Notes: generated by a model not told the origin, from the sequence alone. DNA of 64,000 bases from Mobula hypostoma (GCF_963921235.1 NC_086097.1:68512001-68576000); one strand, 5' to 3'. Positions 1 through 13,000 are shown, numbered from the stretch's first letter. Program-made: numbers and translations.

Positions 1-547
1 ATGGGAGGGGGAGGGGGAGATACAAAATGATAGGAGAAGACAGGAGGGGGAGGAATGGAGCCAAGAGCTGGACAGGTGATTGGCAAAAGGGATATGAGAG
101 GATCATGGGACAGGAGGCCTAGGGAGAAAGAAAGGGGGGGGAAGCCCAGAGGATGGGCAAGGGGTATAGTGAGGGGCGCAGAGGGAGAAAAAAGAGAGAG
201 AGAAAAAGAATGTGTGTATATAAATAAATAAATAATGGATGGGGTACGAGGGGGAGGAGGGGCATTAGCAGAAGTTAGAGAAGTCAATGTTCATGCCATC
301 AGTTTGGAGGCTACCCAGACAGAATATAAGGTGTTGTTCCTCCAACCTGAGTGTGGCTTCATCTTGACAGTAGAGGAGGCCTTGGATAGACACATCAGAA
401 TGGGAATGGGACGTGGAATTAAAATGTGTGGCCACTGGGAGATCCTGCTTTGTCTGGCGGACAGAGCGTAGGTGTTCAGCGAATCGGTCTCCCAGTCTGC
501 GTTGGGTCTCGCCAATATATAGAAGGCCGCATCGGGAGCGCCGGGAG
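1..547 (-). mobile_element. Penelope-like retroelement (PLE), 3' part: GIY-YIG endonuclease C-terminus plus pyrimidine-rich 3' region
   Basis: ORF 265..558(-) reads RCGLLYIGETQRRLGDRFAEHLRSV...LPVATHFN...LEEQHLIFCLGSLQTDGMN, typical of the PLE GIY-YIG domain. 1-260 is the purine-rich complement of the PLE tail and runs off the window edge. Confidence 0.9.
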
Positions 548-710
548 TCTCCTATCATTTCGGATTTCCCCCTCCCACTTTTAAATCTCTTACTAGTTCT
601 TCTTTCAGTTAATCCTGACGAAGGGTCTCAGCCTGAAACATCGACTGTACCTCTTTCTAGAGATGCGGCCTGGCCTGCTGTGTTCACCAGCAACTTTTAT
701 GTGTGTTGCT
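548..710 (+). mobile_element. Inverted Penelope pLTR copy with a degenerate hammerhead motif
   Basis: 548-580 is approximately the reverse complement of 1-37. Contains CTGACGA(615-621)-AGGGTCTCAGCCT-GAAA(635-638)-CATC-GACTG, followed by the pLTR sequence GATGCGGCCTGGCCTGCTG. An inverted 5' pLTR is a known Penelope configuration. Confidence 0.85.
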
Positions 711-759
711 ACATTAACCTCACTTTTTTTGTTCTCCACACATTTGCATTAACGCCTCC

Positions 760-960
760 CAGATTCTTCCAATCACTTACACACTCGGGGCAATTTACAG
801 TGGCCAATTAACCTAGCATTCTGCACACCCTTTTGCTATAAGAACTCTATGTGACTACACGCAAAACATGCAAACTTCATACAGACAGAACCAGAGGTCA
901 GAATTGAATTTTGAGTCTCTGATGCTATGAGGCAGTGCTCAACTTGCTGTGTCGCAATGC
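760..960 (-). mobile_element. tRNA-derived V-SINE (HE1-like), decayed
   Basis: GGGGCAATTTACAGTGGCCAATTAACCTA...CATGCAAACTTCATACAGACAG...GAGGTCAGAATTGAA matches the reverse complement of the V-SINE body and B box. Confidence 0.7.
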
Positions 961-3900
961 CATTGTTATACTTACATAAGGGCCATATACTTACAAGGAT
1001 ATATTTACAAGAAACAGTTAATACCTATGGAAGTTAACACATTCAGCTGACAAGCTTTTACCGACTCTAAGTGATATTGCAAGTACTTGAAACATATTGG
1101 TTGGCAGAGAATCATGGTTCTTATTACATCTTCCAAGAGATTTATAGATATTAAGGAGAGTAATGCATGAACTTCTAAGAGGGCAACACTGGAAACGTCC
1201 TCCAAACCTAGTATGAGCCTACATGTAAAAACTTTAGATCCCAAAGCAGAATAATAAGAAAGCATGTAACATACGGTCCTAATATTCCTTTATCCATTTT
1301 GCAATAGGCATTCATTCAAAAGTTTTTAAAAAATTTCTGCAATAGTTTTCCATTACAGCAAGCTAGTGAAATTTTTGTTTTACAATGTTATTATTCCCAT
1401 AACATAAAAATCATAGCTTTCACTTTCAAAATTCTTTGGATGCCCTTTAAATTGTATCTCCCAATCCTTGAATGCTAAAGTTGATTATTTTTGATTCCTT
1501 TGTGCTATTAATTATCACCCTCCTAGTTAGGAATGAGAAAGAATAGCAAATGAAAAGCATAATTTTCATTGATTCTAGTAGTATTTAAACATTTTTTCAA
1601 AACAACTGCCATGTAATATTTAATAAATATAATGAAAAAATTGATCCACATTGTAAAATCATAGCTCTCATCTCAATATTTATGATAGATTTTGTTCACT
1701 TGCTGCATTGAATTCCATTATTCTATGTAGATAGTCTAAAAAGAAGATGTTAATCTGGAATAGAAGTTCTAGATCCTCTTTAGAAATAAGTATAATAATA
1801 TTAGTCAAATGCAGCTAGAACATTTCTGTTTCTTCCTCAAGCAGATCATAGATACGATTTAATTTAGACCCTATGTTTACTTCAATCTTTATGTACAATG
1901 TACCAGATGGTTTCAGAAGCCCAGTTATCTTTCTTTATTGATTAGGCTTTTATGCCCAGTTAAGCCTTAGTTCAAGATCCTCATTGTAGTTACACTGTTT
2001 GTTTACTGTTGTTATTTCAGATGGCATGCGCACATAGTGATTTCCTTAGATTTCTGTGATTTCTAATTACCCCATTGCTGAAGCTATTCTTCATTGTATG
2101 CACTATTAGGTATACCAGTATCTACAACGCTTGTTTCTGAAACAAGAGTAAAAGCTTAGCCACTATCTTCTGATCCAACTCCCTAATAATTAGACTCTTG
2201 TGCTATTTTATTGATTTCACCTTTCATCTAAGTTCAATTTGATAGCTTTCAAGAATTTCATTCATAGTATTTACGTAACATCCATCATTTAGAATATTTT
2301 ATTCTAAATCAGTAGGAAATTAAATTCAATGGGATAGTTAAATCAGCAAGCTGATGCAAATATATCTTATTGCCAAATCTACTGACCCAGAATTTACTGA
2401 AATAGAGCACATCATGCATGGCCAGCTAGATCCACTTTGTTTTTGTGCCTTTCTATTCAATCATATTTTGCACTCCTGATTATTAAGAGTAAACACCAGT
2501 TTGGTCACATTGTTGGATCCGACTTGAATTTTAATTGTAATTTTCTTTGCAGTTTAACAATTAATTATCTGCTTGTATTTTAAGTGGGCTTTGTATGCAT
2601 AAGTTTGCTATGCCTCTCGTAGCTATACAAAGTATAATTCTGAAAGCTTCTCTGTACTTCATTAAATGAGTAAATATTTTCTAAATTGTTGTCTCTTATC
2701 TACAGATATGAATGGAACTTTACTTATCTTTGGGATAAAAGTAGCTGTTTTTTGCTAGGTGCCATCTTTAGTTTCTATCTTCCTCAAGTAGCAGACTCTT
2801 GTCACTGTTCTGTTCTTGTTCTCTTTGTTCTATCAACTCTTGAAAAAATGATTGTGAAGCAACACGTTTTATGTCTTGTTCCTGAACCTTGGATTTAAAC
2901 ACCAGAATCCAGCAACATTGACAGCATTGCAACATCTGGGACATGTTAAACTATCAGATAAACCGAGTATATTTTGAAACAATATAATGAGAAGAACAAG
3001 AAAGGAACAGAAAAGACAGTGAATTAAATAAAGTGAATAAATTCAATGTCAAAGTGGGTACAGAAAAGATTTAAGGGAATTGAAAAGGGAAACTAATTTG
3101 CTACCTGCATGAATGAGACTTAATATTTTTAATTGTTCACTTTTTGGTTGATTAGCCATCATTAATGATTATAACATTGTTAAAAGGCACTTATACAATT
3201 AATTACTTGACTTAATTTTCAGTGTGACTTTAATGAGAGCGATTAATGTGCAAATACAGCATCTTCCTGAAAATCATAAGGAAGCGAAAGGCAGTATGTC
3301 GTTTTGACTTGCGGTGATTTTTGGTTCACGGATATCTCATCCCCACCACATTGCTAACTGATTTGCACATTAATAACAGTGTGCAGCATTTACATAACAG
3401 TATAGTATGAATGTAGAGTTAATCTTCTGAGTTCCTTTAAACTTTAAAATTCAGCCAATGATGGAAATAATTCAATAGTTCGTTTTCAATTCTTATTCTC
3501 TGAATAAATAAATACAGTCGAAAGGGATACAGTTATTATAAGTTCATTTGATTTCCACCGGGCTTGTGAACACACAAGCAGGTTAACAGGCAAGCAGAAC
3601 AAGTAACCAAAAAAGCAACTGCTATGTTGGCTACTAATACATCGTAAGAATGAATTAAAAATCACATACAAAATTATTTTATTGTACATTAAGAAATCTG
3701 TAAAGTTAAATATTCTTTTCCAAACTATAATTTTCCTAATACAGAATAACCCTGAATACCTACAACTGATGCCTCTTTAGACAATCTCAAGAAAATGCCT
3801 AAGGAAACAGTTCCTGCTGTGGACTTTGAACATTCTGAATGTTAGACATTAACAGGTTATTTTTGTATATACATTGTCATGTTAACTGTAATCCCAGCAC

Positions 3901-4889
3901 AATTGAGATACTTCTATTTAAATGATTTCTACCTACAAATTACTTAATGTACTCTGCACTCCAAAATACATTTTTGACTGGTCCAAAAATTATTACTGTA
4001 GCATGTATTATGAATAACCACTGTGATTTATTATGCATTTTCCTATTTCCATAAAGAGTTATAGTTTATGCTTAAAGAATTAAATTTTTAAAAATCCATG
4101 TGTCTCAGGAAAAACTACATTTACTCACAATTCTACAGTTACATCCAGGTAACTGCAGAATAATCAGTTACATCCAGGTTTTATTGATATCATGAAAAGA
4201 TAAGGTTCTATCATCATTTTCCCAAAATACCTCAATCTGTATATTAAGTCATTTTAATCAGAGCTGTTCTATAGTACAAGATAATTTACTCCACTTTTCA
4301 TTGTCAGATCAAGCCACCTGCTGAAATCACTGATGCAGAACAACTCAATATTAGCTCTGAAATTAGTAGCAATCCCCAGCTAAGCATTTGGCACATTCAG
4401 TACGGGACAGCCACTATTAAAGGCATATAAGCCATCACCTGGGAGCTGAACAATTACTTGAGTAAGGAATCATTAAACTCAATTGGACTAAATCTTACCT
4501 ATTGCACTCTGATAAAATATATTTCAGTTTACTTTCGGTCTAAATGAAAAATTTGACGAAAATATTCGGTTTCACTTTGTCAGCCTTCACTGCAATTCAA
4601 CTACCTCAGTCAAAAATTATTCAGCAAAATTCAGCAAAAATGGTCAAACTGCAATAAACAACAGATTCTTTGGAGGAACATTAGAGAAAATTATGTACAA
4701 CATACAGTATAGATTGTAAAACTGAATAGATTAAACTTGATCTTCTTCACAGAAATTTAACAAAGGGAGAGCGACAACTAAAAAACTACAACAGATTTAT
4801 AGAAATCGAATGTAGGTTAGGTTCCTTTATGTAATAATTTCTTCCATGTGTTTTAATAAAGAATTTGTACAATATTTATATCTATATCT

Positions 4890-6240
4890 ATTGAGCATAT
4901 CTACACCGCGTGCTATTGTCGGAAAAAGCATCCATCATCAGGGACCCCCACCACCCAAGCCATGCTCTCTTCTCACTGCTGCCATCAGGAAGAAGGTGCA
5001 GGAGTGTCAGGACTCGCACCACCAGGTTCAGGGACAATTATTACCTCTTAACCATCAGACTCTTGAACCAGTGGGCATAACTTCACTCAACTTCATTTCA
5101 CAAACAAGAGAAAATCTGCAGATGCTTCATATCTAAGCAATACACACAAAATACTGGAGGAACTCATCAGGCCAGGCAGCATCTATGGAAAAAAGTAGAG
5201 TCGATGTTTCGGGCCAAGGCCCTTCAACAGGATTGGAGAAAAAAAGATGAGTAGGTAATAAAAGGTGAGGGAGGGAGAGAGTAACACAAGGTGATAGGTG
5301 AAAAAATGAGGGGGACGTATGAAGTAAAGAGCTGGGAAGTTGATTGGTGAAAGAGATACAGGGCTGGACAAGGTAAGGGGGAGTCAGATAGGAGAGAACA
5401 GAGACCATGGAAGAAAGAAAAAGGGGGAGGACCACCAGAGGGAGGCGATGGGCAGGCAAGGAGGTAAGGTGAGAGAGGGAAAGGGGGATGGGGAATGGTG
5501 AAGGGGGGGCATTATGACCAGAAGTTTGAGAAATTGATGTTCATGCCATCAGGTTGTAGTCTACCCAGACAGAATATAAGGTGTTGTTCCTCCAACCTAA
5601 GTGTGACCTCATTGCAACAATAGAGGAGGCCATGGATTGACATATCGAAATTGGAATGGGAAGTGGAATTAAAATGGGTGGCCACAGGCAGTCCTACTTC
5701 TTCTGGCAGATGGAGGGTAGGTGCTCGATGAAATGGTCTCCCAAATTATGTCGGGTCTCACCGATATACAGGAGGCCACACCGGGAGCACCAGACACAAT
5801 ATATGACCCCAACAGACTTACAGGTGAAGTGCCACCTCACCTGGAAGGACTCTTTCTGGCCCTGAATGGTAGTGAGGGAGGAGTGTAGGGGTAGTTATAG
5901 CATTTGTTCTTCTTGCAAAGATAACTGCCAGGAGGAAGATGAGTGGCCCAACAATGAACTGTACCCACAACCAAATGAATCACTTTCAAGGATTCTTCAT
6001 CTCATGTTTTCCATATTTACTGATTATTTATTATTATTATTATCATTTCCTTTTTTCTTTAGTGTTTGCACAGTTTGTTGTCTTTTGCACTTTGGTTGTT
6101 TGTTCGCTCTGTTGGGTGTGGTCTTTCATTGATTCGATTATGTTTCTTGGATTTACTGAGTGTGCCCACAAGAAAACGAATCTCAGGGTTGTATATGGTG
6201 ACATATTTGTACGTTGATCATAAATTTACTTTGAACTTTC
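4890..6240 (+). mobile_element. Rex1/Babar LINE 3' end, split by a PLE insertion
   Basis: 4930-5070 encodes SIIRDPHHPSHALFSLLPSGRR.RS.RTRTTRFR (Rex1/Babar C-terminus). The 3' UTR resumes at about 5945 and ends ATAAATTTACTTTGAACTTT. Confidence 0.8.
5098..5942 (-). mobile_element. Penelope-like element fragment (pLTR, purine-rich tail, decayed GIY-YIG)
   Basis: Starts CAAACAAGAGAAAATCTGCAGATGCT. Degenerate hammerhead at 5200-5232 (CTGTTGA...GAAA on the minus strand). 5520-5800 is homologous to 270-540. Confidence 0.85.
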
Positions 6241-6339
6241 TGGCTTCAGCACATTTCAAAGTGCTTCACAACAGACAAGAGTACTTCTTTCACACCTCAA
6301 GACAGTCCCTATTTAGTCAGCTTAATTTATTTCAAATAA

Positions 6340-7510
6340 CAGGCCTGTCATCCCAGGAATCAATCTGGTGGACCTTTATTGCAAATAGATAGGGCGATCC
6401 ACTCTGTATGCAGTACTCCAGACAAATAGAGCAAAATATCGATACTCTTGAGATAATTTCTTTCACAATAAGGACTAGTATTGAAATTCAAATCATTTTA
6501 ACTTCTGAAATTTAAAAAAATGGTCCACCTCTCTATTTCCCCGACCAAAGATCTTATATTTTTCCACACTATATTTTCTTATTACTGCACAGAAGTCCAC
6601 AGCCTCTCAAGTGATTCACAGCAGAGCAATTCTACAGTCCCTTTCCTTGTAACTCTGTAACATTCTTTCTCACATACTCATACTCTCTTTGGATTCAATT
6701 TGCAATATAACTACACTCACTTTAATTTACCACAGTCAATTATCCTACTAAGACATTTTTGTGATGTGGAAGAAAATCAGAGCACTTGGGAAAACTAATG
6801 TGGTCATGGAGAAAACATTCCAGAGACAGCATCAAAGGTCAGGATTGAATCTGGATCACCAGAGCTTTGACCAGCAGCACTAAATGTTGCACCACCCTGT
6901 TGCCCTCCATCTGCCATGACATTGCCCATTCAGTTCATCTGTGTTTAACCCTTTAAAATCTCTCTGCCTCTTTCTCAGAGCACACATTGCTGTCGAGCTT
7001 TGTTTTGTTAGCTATATTTGAGATATTACACTTGATCCCTTCATTCCAATCAGTGATAGAGTACAACTGAGGTCTCTATATTGACCCTTGTGGTGTCCCA
7101 CTGGTCCCAGTATAACCTCACCCCTTCCCTTTGCCCCATTAACCAATCATCAATCTACACCTGTATATGACTAATGCAAGTTTGTCTAATAATCTCGGTG
7201 TATCACACACTAAGGAGGTCTTCCAAAAGTCTAAATATGCCACATTAGTGGTTGGCTGTTATGTATTCTGCTGGTCATAAGCTCTAAAAATTCTGAAACT
7301 TTCGCAAGCATGATTTCCCTTTCTTATATCCACAATGGCCAATCCTATTTTTATTCTCCATATCCCTTTTCCACTTCTGTAATAATACATTCCAATAATT
7401 TCACTACTGCTCCATAGTTCCCTCTCTTTCTTTCCTTTCTCACATATTATGATTGTATTTACTATTCCAAATTATGGGAACATTCGTGAATCTATGGAAT
7501 TCAGGAAAAA
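6340..7510 (-). mobile_element. Old CR1 LINE RT fragment, highly decayed
   Basis: TTGACCCTTGTGGTGTCCCACTGG (about 7081-7105) is a GTPQGSI-type RT motif on the minus strand; other CR1-like stretches nearby. Confidence 0.55.
6720..6905 (-). mobile_element. V-SINE, decayed, nested in CR1
   Basis: GTGATGTGGAAGAAAATCAGAGCAC...AGACAGCATCAAAGGTCAGGATTGAATCTGGATC...CACCACCCTGTTGCCC; same family as 760-960. Confidence 0.65.
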
Positions 7511-8149
7511 TTATGACAAGTGTAAGGTTGAGGCTATTGAGATAATGGTGCAAATTTTAACTGCCTGATTAGAAACTTACAAGATGTTTATCAGCTAAAG
7601 TTATCAGACAAACAGTAGCTGTTCCTGGAACACCTTGTTTTATACAATTTTCAATTTGGTCAGCCATTAGGTGAACAACATAAATGCCTTTTTTGGACTT
7701 CCATTCAGGGCTTTATACCTGTAGCATTTTATTATTCACCCTCATTTTCATATACTACCATGAACGCATCTGTGTTTCCGCCCTTGTCGTTACCTGTAAA
7801 GACAGAGTGCAAATGTGTATTATTGCATACCTCCTTCCAGTAACTTCCAAGAAACTCATAGAAGTTAATAATTATAATACCTTGATGTGGTTAATGAAAC
7901 AAGAAATTTTAATAAAAGAAAGTTAAAGTTTGAGAGGAGATGTATAGTTGTTTCAGCTCCAAAACTTTCAAGCATGATTGCTTTCTCATATTAGGATACT
8001 TTTATAATCTGCCAGATTTTATAATTAGCACATAAAGGCATCATTAACGAAGCATATAATTTTTTTGTTACATGCCATTCCTAAGTTTGGAAACACTTTT
8101 CTACCTCTTATCATGAGGTAGTAGATGCAATTTAATTTTGATATCCCAG

Positions 8150-9200
8150 TTTAATGGAGAGGTTGTGGCATCTGGTATAATCATGTGACCATGTGTCCTG
8201 GAAAAGATTGATCAGTCTTTGATGATATGTTCCATTATTTGACTTCCATTTCTGCAGTTACAATTAGGCCCTGATTTGAGTTCCACCAATAAAATGTTGA
8301 CTTTGTCTTCCTTATCTGATTCAGGTCTATCTGTATTTGGCATGGAAGATGTAGTCCTGAAACTGGTTCAATTGGAATAAAATCTTCAAACAGAATTTTG
8401 CTATTATGTCATTGAGAACTTCACTGTTCCTTGCTATTAAACGAAGTTTCACTGGAATTCCCCCCATGGCTGCTTCCTTGAGCCAAATCTTGATTTGTTT
8501 GTATCCTTTAGTAAATGAGGCATGATGTGTTCAATGGGTGATAAAGGCTTTCCATCTACCGTCTGGGGAACATTGTTCACTGAGTTGAGAAGCCAGCCAA
8601 CACTCATTGTTTCAATTGTTGTTAATGTTAGCATGGTCATGTTACGTTGCAAATGCATCGTCATGGCACAGCAACTGTCACTGCATATCATAGTACAAAA
8701 CTACAGCAGAGTGAAGTTTGGGGAAAAATTTCTCCTGTACTCAATATGGCCCCTATGATTTTCTGCAAAAGGCTTGTTTGTATTCATTTTTTCTCAAGTT
8801 TCAATAAATACTGCTTGAAGGTGAGGAAATTCTCTAGTTATATAATTGCTGCAGAGTTTACATGATCTTTCCTCTCCCTGCAGAAAATTAAGTCCAACAT
8901 CGACTTGTGAGCATTATTGACTTGGTTGAACACTGTTAATTGGCTTTGGATAAAATAGACAGAATTTTCAGTGATAGAAGTATTACTCCAATCAGTCAAG
9001 GTCTTTTCTCAGTGTAGCACTGGCTAAGGCAATGGTAATTACAAATGTTTGTACTTGCCATGTTATTTTATGCCATTGGCATACTTGAATTTGCCTGGTG
9101 TTATTTGGGTGTTGAGAAGAGAAAGATCAAAGGCAGCCTCAATGGGAATCCATTTTATTTTCACAGGTATCCAGCTTGCCTGTGATCAAGGTGGATGCAA
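8150..9200 (-). mobile_element. Probable ancient Vingi/Ingi-clade LINE 3' fragment
   Basis: Hand translation across frameshifts gives QVDVGLN, SRFGSRKQPW (cf. RLKSRKPFW), GLHLPCQIQIDLNQIRK (cf. GFDLPR..W..LNRIRT) and GPNCNCRNGSQIMEHII (cf. SP.CDCG...QT.EHI), in the expected order. Confidence 0.55.
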
Positions 9201-9599
9201 ATGGAAATTAGATATCTGAGTTAAGATATAGCATTCATTGGTATTAAATGATGCCTTAAACAGGAAGATTGGTGACTCTGTTACCAATCTTTCCCTGGCT
9301 CTGGGGCTATTCGTAAGCTGCAATTTTTAAGTGTTCTTCCAACAGAAAGCCACATATAATAATTCTACATTTATAGGCTGTCAGTTTGACAGAACAGAAT
9401 AACTGTGGAAGTCTGGTGATCAACAGTAAAATTAAAGTAAAACATTCTGACAGGCAACCACTGTGATGAGAGAAATAAAGTCAATGTTCTTTTATCAAAA
9501 GTGGAAAATATAAAAATAAATAAGTTCTAAGAAACAAGTAAATCAAAGGGGAGAATTGGAAAGCAGAAGAAGAAGAGAAGATTACAAAAAAGTGTAGCT

Positions 9600-10655
9600 T
9601 CAAGGGGGTACAAAATCTCCTTCGTCTCAACATCTCTCTCTCTCTCTCTGGATCCTGGACCTCTTGACAGAAAGGCCACAGTCAGTCTGCGTTGGCAGAA
9701 ACATCACTAGCTTCATCACACTGAGCACCGGTGCTCACCATGGCTGCGTGCTCAGCCTGCTGACGCATGACTGCATTGCTAGATCCAGTTCAAACAGAAT
9801 CATAAAGTTTGCTGATGACACAATATTGGTTGGTCTAATCTACAACAATGATAAGATGCACCACAGAGAGGAAGTAGTGCAGTGGTAGAATGATGAGAGC
9901 ACAACAACTTTAGACTCAACATGGACAAGACCAAAGAGATGATTGTGGACTTTAGGAAGGGCAACATTTCACTGCAGATACACAGCTCCTCCATGGAGAG
10001 TTAAGAACACCAAGTTTCTGAGAGTGCACAAAATAGACAATTTCTTACACCACTTCTCTGTCAAAAGAGCACAGCAGCATCTCCACTTCCTGAAGAGATT
10101 GAGGTGAGTGAGGCATTCCCCCACCACTCCAGTTTGACCAATTTTTATAGGAGCACCATTGAAAGTGTCCTGACCAGCTGCATCACCATCTACTACAAGA
10201 ATTGCAAGGTATCTGGCCACAAGTCACTACAAAGTATTGCGAGGATTGCTGAGAGGATCATGGGGGTCTCTTTTCCACCCATTAGAGATATTTATCGGGA
10301 GCACTGCATATGCTGCGTTCCCGCTCATCCATCCAACAATCTCTTTCACTTGCTACCATCAGGCAGGAGGTACCACAGTCTTAGGACAAAAATTGTTAGG
10401 ATGAGAAACTGCTTCTTCCCCCAGGCCATCAAACTACTGAACTCCCTGCCATCACCCAGGACTCATCACTTATGAAGTGCCAGTAGTGTTATAAGGTTTA
10501 CTTTTAAACTTGTATTGTATATGCATCTTATTATTTGTGGTAATATTACTTAATGTGTTATGTGGTTAGTTATAGGTACTGTGTTGTGCACTTCAGTCCA
10601 GAAGAACGTTGTTTTGTTTGACAATATACGGCTGAATGACAGTGAACTTGAATTT
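9600..10655 (+). mobile_element. Rex1/Babar LINE, 5'-truncated, disrupted RT to 3' end
   Basis: ORFs contain LSTGAHHGCVLS, IIKFADDT and FYRSTIESVLTSCITI...HP...LLPSGRRY. Tail ends TGAACTTGAA. Confidence 0.9.
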
Positions 10656-10734
10656 AGAAATTTGGTAAGTATGGATATTAGAAGGAGGAAGTGGCAGTGC
10701 TCAGTGCGTCCAATACATAATGATGGTTTATAGA

Positions 10735-11465
10735 GTCATAGAACACAGTAGCACTCCATACCCCACCCATCCATATGCCTATCTAAATTGCTCTTAAATA
10801 TTGAAATTGATCACTTAGCTGGCAGCTCATTTTGCACTCTCACCACTCTCCCAGTAAACAAAATCCCCCTCATGCTCCCCTTAAACATTTCACCATTTAA
10901 CCCATGACCTCTACTGTAGTCTCACCCAATCTTAGTGGAAAAAGCCTGCTTGCATTTACCTTATCTATACCCCTCATAATTTTATATACCTCGATCAAAT
11001 CTCCCCTTAATCTTCAATGATCCAAGGAATAAAGTCATAACCTATTCAACCTTTCCCTATAGCTCAGGTCCTCAAGTCCCGGCAACATTCTTGTAAATTT
11101 TCTCTGCACTCTTTCAATCTTATTGACATTTTTCCCACAGGCAGATGACCAAAACTACACACAATACTCCAAATTAGGCCTCACCAACATCTTTACCACT
11201 TCAACATAACATCCCAAGTCCTGTACTCAGTACTTCTTTTACGAAGGCCACTGTTAAAGCTTTCTTTACAGCCCTACCTACCTGTGACACCACTTTCAGG
11301 GAATTATGGATCTCTATTCTCAGATCCCTCTGTTATACTCTACTCCTCAGTACTCTACTTTTCACAGTGTAAGTCCTACCCTGTTTTGTCCTCCCAAAGT
11401 ACAACACCTCACGCTTCTCTGCATTAAATTCCATCTGTCATTTTTCAGCCCATATTTCCAGCTGT
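10735..11465 (-). mobile_element. CR1 LINE 3' fragment
   Basis: Reverse complement of the CR1 ORF2 C-terminus and UTR (ATCAAATCTCCCCTTAATCTTC; CACACAATACTCCAAATTAGGCCTCACCAA, encoding RPNLEYCV). Confidence 0.8.
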
Positions 11466-11469
11466 CAAA

Positions 11470-11690
11470 GCTCGGATTGCGGATTCAGATTCTTTCTCCT
11501 CCAGCCCCTGACTGTTTCCACCCACCTGGCTTCACCTATTACCTTCCAACTAGTCTCCTATGGGGATATGAGGACATAAGAGACTGCAAATGCTGGAAAC
11601 TGGAGCAACGAAGTATCTGCTGGAGCAGCACCTTCTGTAGGAGGAAAGAAATTTAAACATTTTGGATCAAAACCCTGCATCAGAACCAAG
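11470..11690. mobile_element. Two small, oppositely oriented PLE remnants
   Basis: A + strand pyrimidine-rich PLE tail (11480-11560), then a minus-strand pLTR remnant AGACTGCAAATGCTGGAA...CCCTGCATCAG. Confidence 0.55.
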
Positions 11691-11714
11691 ATGCTTAACC
11701 ATTGGAACGACTGG

Positions 11715-13000
11715 CTGAATGGAAAAGGTGGTGGGGCAACTCTAATAATAAAGGATGATTATTAGGATAATATACCATCTATAAATTTGTTGAGGATACA
11801 ACCATTGTTGGTAGAATCTCAGGTGGTGACGAGAGGGCATACAGGAGTGAGATATGCCAACTAGTGGAGTGGTGCTGCAGCAACAACCTGCCACTCAACA
11901 TCAGTAAGATGAAAGAGCTGATTGTGGACTTCAGGAAGGGTAAGATGAAGGAACACATACCAATCCTCATAGAGGGATCCAAAGTGGAGAGAGTGAGCAG
12001 CTTCAAGTTCCTGGGTGTCAAGATCTCTGAGGATCTAACCTGGTCCCAACATATCGATACAGTTATAAAGAAGGCAAAACAGTGGCTATACTTTATTAGG
12101 AGTTTGAAGAGATTTGACATATCAACAAATACACTCAAAGGCTTCTATAGTTGTACCGTGGAGAGCATTCTGACAAGCTGCATCACTGTCTGGTATGGAG
12201 GGACTACTGCACAGGACCAAAAAAAAGCTGCAGAAGGTTGTAAATCTAGTCAGTTCCATATTGGGTACTAGCCTACAAAGTACCCAGGACACCTTTAGGT
12301 GAGCGGTTTCTTAGAAAGTGAGAGTCCATTATTAAGGACCTCCAGCACCCAGGGCATGACCTTTTCTCGCTGGTACCATCAGGTAGCCTGAAGGCAAACA
12401 CTTAGCGATTCAGGAACAGCTCCTTCCCCTCTGCCACCTGATTCCTAAATAGACATTGAATCTTTGGACACTACCTCACTTCTTTTTTAATATACAGTAT
12501 TTCTGTTTTTGCACATTTTTAAAATCTATTCAATATACGTAAATGATTTACTTGTTTATTTATTATTATTTTTGATTCTATTTTCTGTCTCTGCTAGATT
12601 ATGTATTGCATTGAACTGTTGCTGCTAAGTTAACAAATTTCACATATGCTGGTGATAATAAACCTGATTCTGATACTAGAGATGATCTTACTTCAGAAAG
12701 ACTACAAATAGAATCAGTTTCGATGGAGTTAAGAAGTAACAAAGAAACTATCAATGTAAGTGGACTTACATAAACCTCCTGCCTCCTCCAAAACACTCTA
12801 TCCCTCCAAAAGTAGTTTTGCAGTAAAACAGGCCATAAAGGGAGCTTGTGACAATTACAAGCAATGATCAGAAGTGATTTTGATCTTCAGATAGATTGGA
12901 CAAATTAAAATTCCAAAGATAATCTCAAGGACAAGTTCATGCGAAGCTCTTGAAATAGTTTCCTGTGAAACTAACTATTGTTTCATTTTGCTTTTCAGGA
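11715..13000 (+). mobile_element. Old CR1 endonuclease fragment interrupted by Rex1
   Basis: GKGGGATLIIKDD at about 11720-11760 continues after 12675 as RDDLTSERLQIESVSMELRSNK, matching the CR1 APE domain. Confidence 0.55.
11779..12675 (+). mobile_element. Rex1/Babar LINE 3' fragment
   Basis: KFVEDTTIVGRI and ORF 11864..12271 (WCCSNNLPLNISKMKELIVDFRK...FKFLGV...ESILTSCITVWYG). Ends AATAAACCTGATTCTGAT. Confidence 0.92.

Noticed and set aside
3538..3650. Minus-strand TM-like peptide DVLVANIAVAFLVTCSACLLTCLCVHKPGGNQMNL
   Set aside because: In-frame stop just upstream, no good acceptor and no recognised family.
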